A stretch of 34,869 nt of DNA, from the IMG/VR virus record IMGVR_UViG_3300039208_000119, positions 1 through 34,869 of that record; one strand, 5' to 3'. Position 1 is the stretch's first letter, and every line of letters begins with the position of its first letter. The position numbers were made by a program, and so were the translations under genes. The stretch is from a virus. Lineage: Duplodnaviria > Caudoviricetes. The notes beneath the pieces are model-generated. The model had not been told where the DNA came from and searched no databases. It worked only from the letters and a program-made list of their open reading frames with translations. Of the stretch, positions 1 through 5,907 are shown in pieces.

Positions 1-17
1 GTTTCCCAGTCACGATC
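1..17 (+). other. Untrimmed random-amplification primer tag (technical artefact)
   Basis: GTTTCCCAGTCACGATC at position 1 matches the M13-derived Round A/B (SISPA-type) primer tag as I recall it. Confidence 0.85.
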
Positions 18-18
18 G

Positions 19-201
19 AGGTTAGGTGTCTCCCGCGCACGAGAGCTGGTGAAACTAGCCCAATGGAAGTTAGAGAGATTAGTCAGTGAAGTATATGGTA
101 ACCAACCTAAGATAGCTATACAGGTTAACACTGTACCTACTACCCAACTGTTAGAGGATGACCTTAAGGATATAATAGAGGGGAAGGCTGTAAAGGGTTA
201 A
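19..201 (+). CDS. terS: Probable terminase small subunit, 5'-truncated
   Basis: Open frame +1 to TAA at 199-201: ...GVSRARELVKLAQWKLERLVSEVYGNQPKIAIQVN...; the RAR...W.LE....YG pattern resembles TerS C-termini. Not in the ORF track. Confidence 0.55.
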   Translation, partial: RLGVSRARELVKLAQWKLERLVSEVYGNQPKIAIQVNTVPTTQLLEDDLKDIIEGKAVKG

Positions 202-228
202 TTATACGGAAGGGGGGTATGGCTAGTA

Positions 229-468
229 TTGGAGATGAGGGTACCCCTATATAAAGGTACTACATATGACTACATTCGGTATATTTTTATTATGCATACG
301 CCTGATTACCCAAATAATTTAGAAACTGCCTGCTTTAAGTTTTACAGGGGTTACATTAACCAGAAAGAATTAATGGCTGCTATACATGAATGGTATGAGG
401 AAAGGAAGGACTCTGAGAAAATAGCCATACTTAACTCTTACGAAGACGAATTACAGAAAATGTTATGA
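229..468 (+). CDS. Hypothetical protein (start uncertain)
   Basis: ORF track; ATGA overlap with the next ORF. Confidence 0.5.
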   Translation: MEMRVPLYKGTTYDYIRYIFIMHTPDYPNNLETACFKFYRGYINQKELMAAIHEWYEERKDSEKIAILNSYEDELQKML

Positions 469-620
469 AAAAACCTGTAATTCCTGATAAACTGGAAGAC
501 TTTACAAGTCTGGTACATTATTTAAAGACGAAGGAAGTTACGGAGTTTGATGTGTTGCAACTGAAAAAAATTTTTACAGAAATTTGTGAGGATTTAACCC
601 GAAATAAGGATTGGGATTGA
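465..620 (+). CDS. Hypothetical protein, 51 aa
   Basis: MKKPVIPDKLEDF...; coupled by ATGA and TGATG overlaps on both sides. Confidence 0.55.
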   Translation: MKKPVIPDKLEDFTSLVHYLKTKEVTEFDVLQLKKIFTEICEDLTRNKDWD

Positions 621-823
621 TGTATTGCGATATTCATCATACAAATCATTGTCTTGAATGTGCTATAAAGCGACAGACTGAGGAAATAACAGGAAAACTG
701 AATTATTGTATACATTACCCCGCAGAATCAAAAGAAATTAATAGAAATCTGGTATGGGTTCAGATTATCTTATGGATAAACGCAATAATAGATTGTTTTA
801 TATTATATAAATTATTTAATTAA
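620..823 (+). CDS. Small protein with Cys/His N-terminus and C-terminal TM helix
   Basis: YCDIHHTNHCLEC plus hydrophobic LVWVQIILWINAIIDCFILY; TAATG coupling. Confidence 0.55.
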   Translation: MYCDIHHTNHCLECAIKRQTEEITGKLNYCIHYPAESKEINRNLVWVQIILWINAIIDCFILYKLFN

Positions 824-978
824 TGAAAGTAGCTATACAACCATTTACAGACAAAAGGCTTCAGATCCTTATTAATGATGGTAATATCCTGAAACAGGAG
901 TTATTACTGAAGAATGGAGAGGAAAAAGTAGTTGAAATTAAGGATGGGGAGACTATAACCTTAAATGAGGTGAAATAA
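823..978 (+). CDS. Hypothetical protein, 51 aa
   Basis: MKVAIQPFTDK...; TAATG coupling on both sides. Confidence 0.55.
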   Translation: MKVAIQPFTDKRLQILINDGNILKQELLLKNGEEKVVEIKDGETITLNEVK

Positions 979-1322
979 TGTTTAAAAAGGGTGATAAAGT
1001 AAGTTATCAGTCTTTGTATCGCGGCGATGACTATTATGAAGCTGTTTTCCATGAAAAACTGAGTGATGAGCAGAGTCTTGTAAAAGTTTATGATTTTGAC
1101 GGAACCAATGAAAGGTTTGAGATATTACATAATAGATTCATTACAAAACACAAAAAATATAAGTATTTACGTATCTTACTGAACGGATCTAACGGATTAA
1201 GCATTGAATCTTCATGGAACAGAGGGGATCTTGTCCTTAATAAGGATGACACGTATAAAAAGGGTAATAAATTACTTTGGGTATCGGATATTATAGAGGT
1301 AGATGCAAAATTACTTAAATAA
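978..1322 (+). CDS. Hypothetical protein
   Basis: GAGGTG RBS; MFKKGDKV start typical of small phage proteins. Confidence 0.7.
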   Translation: MFKKGDKVSYQSLYRGDDYYEAVFHEKLSDEQSLVKVYDFDGTNERFEILHNRFITKHKKYKYLRILLNGSNGLSIESSWNRGDLVLNKDDTYKKGNKLLWVSDIIEVDAKLLK

Positions 1323-1426
1323 AGAATGGCAGAAAGTAATAGAAAGAGCTAATTCTGAAATCGGCAGAAAATTATTTTTACAGGTTTGCAGGAGAAATAA
1401 CGCTACTTTACGGTTTATGGAGAAAA

Positions 1427-1819
1427 ATGAACAAGCCGAAAAGAAATAATGGAATAACAGCTATTTGGTGGGATTTAAAATTTAAAAGGTTGGATTTATC
1501 CTCAGTAGCACGAAAATATATAGAAAAAACAGGGTATTCCACTGAATTTACGGTAAGAGTGGAAAAAGAGTATAAAAGATTCCTTGAAATGGCTTCTGAA
1601 GGCCATGAAGTTGTACCATCACAACAGATTGACGATTTCTGGCATAATCATGTGTTAGATACTGAAAAATATCGTAAAGATTGTGATATACTCGGAGTAT
1701 TCATAGATCATTGTCCTGATGACGGCTCTAAAGACTTAGACAGTGACTTTGATAATACGTTAGAAATTTATAATCAACACTTTGGTGAGGAACCGCCAAA
1801 AGATATATGGGGAATTTAG
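1427..1819 (+). CDS. Glycine-rich-domain-containing (GRDP-like) core protein
   Basis: EY(K)RFL...VPSQQIDDFWHNHVLDTEKYRKDC...DH.P motif characteristic of this family; GGAG RBS. Confidence 0.7.
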   Translation: MNKPKRNNGITAIWWDLKFKRLDLSSVARKYIEKTGYSTEFTVRVEKEYKRFLEMASEGHEVVPSQQIDDFWHNHVLDTEKYRKDCDILGVFIDHCPDDGSKDLDSDFDNTLEIYNQHFGEEPPKDIWGI

Positions 1820-1882
1820 GAGACCAAAGCCGCTCCGCCACTTCCTCTATATTAAGTTTGTCCGCCAAGACTGAGACTTAAT

Positions 1883-2089
1883 ATGGGGGAAGTAGTGGAA
1901 CTTAACTGTAAAACAACTTTAGATATTCCTGTAGAGAGGGTACTTAATGCCGCCCTGAAAAAGAATTTAAAGACTTGTTTTGTCATGGGATTTGATGAGG
2001 ACGGAGAATGTTATTTTGCTGGTTCAAGTTCTGATGGTGGTGATATAATGTGGTTAATGGAGGTTGCAAAATCAAAACTATTGGATTAA
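1883..2089 (+). CDS. Conserved hypothetical phage protein
   Basis: TTLDIPVERVL..A...V.G.DEDG..YFA.S..D pattern. Confidence 0.7.
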   Translation: MGEVVELNCKTTLDIPVERVLNAALKKNLKTCFVMGFDEDGECYFAGSSSDGGDIMWLMEVAKSKLLD

Positions 2090-2192
2090 AGTATAGTTTA
2101 AGGAGAAAGATTCGTTATGCGGCATTAAGAGTTTTATCCAGACCTATTACTAAAGAGCAATTTTATAGACCATCTAAAAGGAGTAAACAATC

Positions 2193-2372
2193 ATGCCTGG
2201 ACATAAATGTAAAGGAAAAGCAAGTTGTAGCGGTAGAAAATCAGGAAATCCTGTAAAAAACTGTAATGCAGGAACAGGAAAGGGTAAATGTACCGCTTCA
2301 AGGGTTAAAAAGAACTGCAGCGCTACGGTAAAAAGCAATAAGGGCGAGAAATTCAACTTAGGCAAGGATTAA
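2193..2372 (+). CDS. Basic Cys/Lys/Gly-rich peptide, 59 aa
   Basis: AAGGAG RBS; MPGHKCKGKASCSGRKSG...; stop overlaps the next ATG. Below the ORF-track cutoff. Confidence 0.65.
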   Translation: MPGHKCKGKASCSGRKSGNPVKNCNAGTGKGKCTASRVKKNCSATVKSNKGEKFNLGKD

Positions 2373-2578
2373 TGGCTAAAGATGTGTTCAAAGAATCACA
2401 GAAATACGTTTTTGATCAACTTAATAAGTCATTAACGCCTGAAATAGCTACTGCTATTGCAAGACCTGATTTGATTGCTTTTATGGGGAACAGGTTTATA
2501 GAAACAACAGACAGAGAAGGAAATGATATGCTTATACTTAAACCTTTACCTTCTTATAAGAGAAAAAAGCATGGCTAA
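2372..2578 (+). CDS. Hypothetical protein
   Basis: ORF track; TAATG coupling. Confidence 0.6.
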   Translation: MAKDVFKESQKYVFDQLNKSLTPEIATAIARPDLIAFMGNRFIETTDREGNDMLILKPLPSYKRKKHG

Positions 2579-2834
2579 GTGGGGAGTTTCTAAGGAGACT
2601 CAGGCTAAAAGGGACAGGAAAGCTGCTTCTATTTTAGTAAAAGAAATAAGAGAAAAGCATAAGAGGGGAGAGAAGGCTACCAAAGCCGAAGTAAAGAAGC
2701 TAAAGTCTCTGACAAACCAGAGTTCTTCCCATAGAAGTCCTTATACCTATCCCAGATTTGTAGAGAGCGCTAAAAGCGATTTAAGCGCCTTCAACAGGGA
2801 AATGAAGCGCCAGAAACGTGAAAATACCAAATAA
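2571..2834 (+). CDS. Highly basic hypothetical protein
   Basis: Likely start MAKWGVSK at 2571; Lys/Arg-rich. Confidence 0.6.
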   Translation: MAKWGVSKETQAKRDRKAASILVKEIREKHKRGEKATKAEVKKLKSLTNQSSSHRSPYTYPRFVESAKSDLSAFNREMKRQKRENTK

Positions 2835-3093
2835 ATTCACTTTAGCGGCAACCGAATGGAAGGTTAAGATAGTAGAGGATCTTCCTGACAGGCAGGGGCA
2901 GACTGATAATGCTGCTGCCACCATCCTATTAGAAAAAAATTCCAATAAACAGATAATGGCGCAGACGTTCCTGCATGAACTTCTGCACGCTATCCTATAC
3001 TCTACAGGAAGGCTTGAAGACCATGACGAGGTTCTTGTGGATGGAATGAGTCATTATTTACATCAGTTTATAGAAGAAGTCTATGGAGAATGA
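2818..3093 (+). CDS. Small HEXXH metallopeptidase-like phage protein
   Basis: TFLHELLHAIL...HDEVLVD zincin motif. Confidence 0.75.
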   Translation: MKIPNKFTLAATEWKVKIVEDLPDRQGQTDNAAATILLEKNSNKQIMAQTFLHELLHAILYSTGRLEDHDEVLVDGMSHYLHQFIEEVYGE

Positions 3094-3268
3094 TTGGGAT
3101 AAATATGTAACCATTAAACCTGTATACGGACATATTGAGCTTAGAGAATCGTGTGCTATGATAGATGGGGAGTTCTGGTTAGGTGGGTATTCTATTCATT
3201 ATGATGAAAATGGCTGTCTCGTAAAGAAAACAGAGTTTGAACCGATGGTAAAATTAACTTATGGATAA
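3083..3268 (+). CDS. Hypothetical protein
   Basis: ORF track; overlaps both neighbours. Confidence 0.5.
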   Translation: MENDWDKYVTIKPVYGHIELRESCAMIDGEFWLGGYSIHYDENGCLVKKTEFEPMVKLTYG

Positions 3269-3431
3269 CGAAGAAATACCTATAGAAGAACTTCCATTAG
3301 TTCATGTTGAGGGATGTGACGGGTATCACTGTACCTGCAGACTGAAAAGAATGAAGAAAGCAACCGTAACGGAATTAATACCAAATTTTGAAGTAGAAGT
3401 AGAATTGGAGGAAGAAGATGTGCGTAGTTAG
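3261..3431 (+). CDS. Small acidic protein with CDGYHCTC motif, 56 aa
   Basis: Read by hand; fills the gap between neighbouring ORFs. Confidence 0.45.
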   Translation: MDNEEIPIEELPLVHVEGCDGYHCTCRLKRMKKATVTELIPNFEVEVELEEEDVRS

Positions 3432-3711
3432 TATGATTGGAGATTTTTATAAAGATAAGTGGAGAGATTTTCCTTATACTCCAACTAACCCTATTAACCC
3501 ATACCCTAATATACCTGACAACTCTGAAGAAATAGAGAAGTTAAGGAAGGAGGTTAAGCAGATGAAGGAACTGCTTAAAAGGGCTGTTAAATATGATAAG
3601 GAAAACAACCAACCTCATTGTGAGACTGAAGACAAGATAAAATTTCTTAAGCAGGTAGCTGAATTTGTCGGAGTTGACTTGGAGGATGTTCTAAATGCTG
3701 AAAGTAACTGA
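3418..3711 (+). CDS. Conserved hypothetical phage protein
   Basis: MCVVSMIGD start, short coiled coil, YD....QPHCE motif; GGAGG RBS. Confidence 0.7.
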   Translation: MCVVSMIGDFYKDKWRDFPYTPTNPINPYPNIPDNSEEIEKLRKEVKQMKELLKRAVKYDKENNQPHCETEDKIKFLKQVAEFVGVDLEDVLNAESN

Positions 3712-4645
3712 AGAAGACTTTATACAGACTTGCAGAAACTTAAATTCCACTACTAAGGTGGCCGGTGCGCTTGGATTAACCGAAAGAACTGTCCGAAGAC
3801 GCAGACAAAGGATCTTTAATAAGAAAGGGGTATGGTTAGACCTTGATAACAGGGATTTCACCCTTAAAATCACTGTACCGGAATCTCAGACACGTACTAA
3901 TGTAGCCTTGCCGGATGGTTGTGTTATGGTTGCATCAGACGCACATTACTTTCCCAGAGAGAATCCGACAGCACACAGGGCTTTCGTTTACCTTATTAAA
4001 GAACTGAAACCTGAAGTAGTGATAATGAACGGGGATTCATTTGATGGTTCAAGTGTTTCACGGTTTCCACGCATCGGATGGGATAAAAACCCTACTTTAA
4101 AGGATGAAATTGATACGGTTCAGTTGAAACTTGAGGAAATACGACAGGCATCATTAAATACCAAACATTTACACACCTGGGGCAACCATGATTTCCGGTT
4201 CAACACGTATTTATCCAATAATGCAGACCAGTTTGAAGGTATTCAGGGGTTCAGGTTTGAAGATCATTTCCCTGGCTGGAACTTTTCTATGTCTGTTATG
4301 ATTAACGATAATTTAATGATTAAGCACAGATATCACGGTGGAATACACGCTACATGGAATAATGTGTTAAAATCAGGGGTAAGCATGGTAACGGGACACT
4401 TACATAGTCTGCAGGTAAGACCATTTACAGATTACAACGGAACCCGATACGCTGTTGATACGGGTACACTCGCTTGCCCTACAGGAGAACAATTTAAATA
4501 TGCAGAGGACAACCCTAAGAATCAGCGTTCGGGCTTCGCTGTATTGGTCATTGTTGACGGTAAATTAATGCCGCCTGAAACCTGTGAGGTTATAGACGAG
4601 GAAGAAGGATTATGTTTTTTCAGAGGACAACAATTTAAGGCATGA
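3695..4645 (+). CDS. Calcineurin-like metallophosphoesterase with N-terminal HTH-like segment
   Basis: SDAH, NGDSFD, GNHD, H and GHLH motifs; VAGALGLTERTVRRR at the N-terminus. Confidence 0.85.
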   Translation: MLKVTEEDFIQTCRNLNSTTKVAGALGLTERTVRRRRQRIFNKKGVWLDLDNRDFTLKITVPESQTRTNVALPDGCVMVASDAHYFPRENPTAHRAFVYLIKELKPEVVIMNGDSFDGSSVSRFPRIGWDKNPTLKDEIDTVQLKLEEIRQASLNTKHLHTWGNHDFRFNTYLSNNADQFEGIQGFRFEDHFPGWNFSMSVMINDNLMIKHRYHGGIHATWNNVLKSGVSMVTGHLHSLQVRPFTDYNGTRYAVDTGTLACPTGEQFKYAEDNPKNQRSGFAVLVIVDGKLMPPETCEVIDEEEGLCFFRGQQFKA

Positions 4646-4899
4646 TCAGTGTTAGGGGTAGATTAGAGGAGTTAAGCGCAGATTATAAGGATGATTATGG
4701 AGAGGATATTTCCAAGGATTCCATAGATAAATTTTTAACTTTCTTAGAATTAACAGAAGCCAGAAGACCGAGTATAACTTGTACCCCTGATGGAGATATA
4801 CAAGCAGCATGGAGTAGCGATTCAGGAGATTATATTAGTATTAGCTTTAACACTAACAGAAATATATTTCTGTACATAAAAGATAATAAAAAAGGATAG
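4642..4899 (+). CDS. Hypothetical protein
   Basis: ATGA overlap; P.I..TPDG.I.A.W pattern. Confidence 0.65.
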   Translation: MISVRGRLEELSADYKDDYGEDISKDSIDKFLTFLELTEARRPSITCTPDGDIQAAWSSDSGDYISISFNTNRNIFLYIKDNKKG

Positions 4900-4986
4900 G
4901 AATGAGATATATAGCATTATTATTTCTAAGTATGTTTTTTCTTTCTGATATTGATTAAAGCAATATACTTAGAGGTAAGAGAATCA

Positions 4987-5304
4987 GTGAATAAATACGT
5001 TTTAGTATTATGGATGATAATAATAGGGATATTCCTTACAGGAGTAGCCTTTGCTGATCATAACTCTCATTATGAGGGATATTCTGATGAGAGAGGGTAT
5101 AACAGGTCTAATTGTGAAGCGTTATATTCCAAGGAAACAGGTAAACAGGCTGAGTGGTTAGGACATTATATAGGCTGTCTTGTAAAGGAAAATAAAGGTT
5201 ATATATTAATTATGGAATACAGGGTAGAGGAACTATCTGAGGATTCTGCTAATAAATTAAGGGAATTAGTTGAAGAACACTCAAAAAGAGGGGAATGGAT
5301 GTAA
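4987..5304 (+). CDS. Exported or membrane hypothetical protein
   Basis: GTG start after GAGGT; hydrophobic signal ending VAFA|D. Confidence 0.6.
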   Translation: MNKYVLVLWMIIIGIFLTGVAFADHNSHYEGYSDERGYNRSNCEALYSKETGKQAEWLGHYIGCLVKENKGYILIMEYRVEELSEDSANKLRELVEEHSKRGEWM

Positions 5305-5411
5305 TGCCGACTGAATTAATAGCTTATGCTGTAATATTATTAGGAGTAGGTGTTGGCGGTATATTGCTATTGTTGGCAGTATGGGCTTTGGAATGGGTTA
5401 TAAGTAAGTAA
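5304..5411 (+). CDS. 35-aa single-pass membrane peptide
   Basis: MPTELIAYAVILLGVGVGGILLLLAVWALEWVISK; TAATG coupling. Confidence 0.55.
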   Translation: MPTELIAYAVILLGVGVGGILLLLAVWALEWVISK

Positions 5412-5412
5412 T

Positions 5413-5495
5413 GGGGATGAGTAATGGTTTCGACAGGAGTTAGAGCCTTTAAGGGACGCGCCTGGACTAGAGTTCGATTCTCTACATCTCCACCA
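5413..5495 (+). ncRNA. tmRNA-like RNA consisting of the tRNA-like domain only (83 nt)
   Basis: Acceptor stem GGGGATG/CATCTCC with G3:U70, encoded ACCA end, unstemmed D loop ..TGGTTTCGA, P2 CAGG/CCTG, GAC linker, T arm TAGAG-TTCGATT-CTCTA. Confidence 0.85.
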
Positions 5496-5499
5496 GTTT

Positions 5500-5559
5500 A
5501 AGGAAAGGTATTAGCAAATAGTAGTGGATCGCTACCGCCGCGAAAGCCGACCTTTCCTT
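5500..5559 (+). ncRNA. Candidate structured RNA (multi-way junction)
   Basis: Perfect 10-bp stem AAGGAAAGGT/ACCTTTCCTT enclosing GTAGTG-GAT-CGCTAC and GC-GAAA-GC hairpins. Confidence 0.5.
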
Positions 5560-5566
5560 GATTATT

Positions 5567-5758
5567 ATGACAGAAGAAGATATAGACTTTGGCACAGAGG
5601 AAGAAGCAAACGACTTCTGCGAGGAATTGAATCTTATTCGACAGACAGAAGGGGATGAAGCTGTGCGTGAATTTCTGAGAAAGGAAGCTATAAAAAGAAT
5701 ACACGGCTGGTTCTTTCTTCCTGAGGTAACATCAGCCGGTAAAAAACATATTCATTAA
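5567..5758 (+). CDS. Small protein with acidic N-terminus
   Basis: MTEEDIDFGTEEEANDFCEE...; TAATG coupling to the next ORF. Confidence 0.6.
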   Translation: MTEEDIDFGTEEEANDFCEELNLIRQTEGDEAVREFLRKEAIKRIHGWFFLPEVTSAGKKHIH

Positions 5759-5907
5759 TGGCAACTAAGATTAAAGAGACTCCTATATTACGTGGTAAAA
5801 ATGCTCGTAGATTTCAGAGAATAATGGAAGAAAATAAAAATAAGAAAGTTTCCAGACAGGAATATGAGAGAGCAAAAGCAGTATATGAACAATCTAAATT
5901 TAGCTAA
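5758..5907 (+). CDS. 49-aa protein with IKETPILRGKNARRF motif
   Basis: TAATG overlaps on both sides; directly upstream of terL. Confidence 0.65.
   Translation: MATKIKETPILRGKNARRFQRIMEENKNKKVSRQEYERAKAVYEQSKFS

Noticed and set aside
5413-5495. Canonical tRNA-Ala, or an ochre suppressor (CCT-TTA-AGG hairpin)
   Set aside because: No D stem and no 5-bp stem/7-nt anticodon loop at the proper position; the layout matches the tmRNA tRNA-like domain
5413-5495. attP remnant of a host ssrA integration site, or a permuted two-piece tmRNA
   Set aside because: Both the 5' and 3' ends are present in standard order and pair with each other; att sites duplicate one end only, and no integrase is in the window
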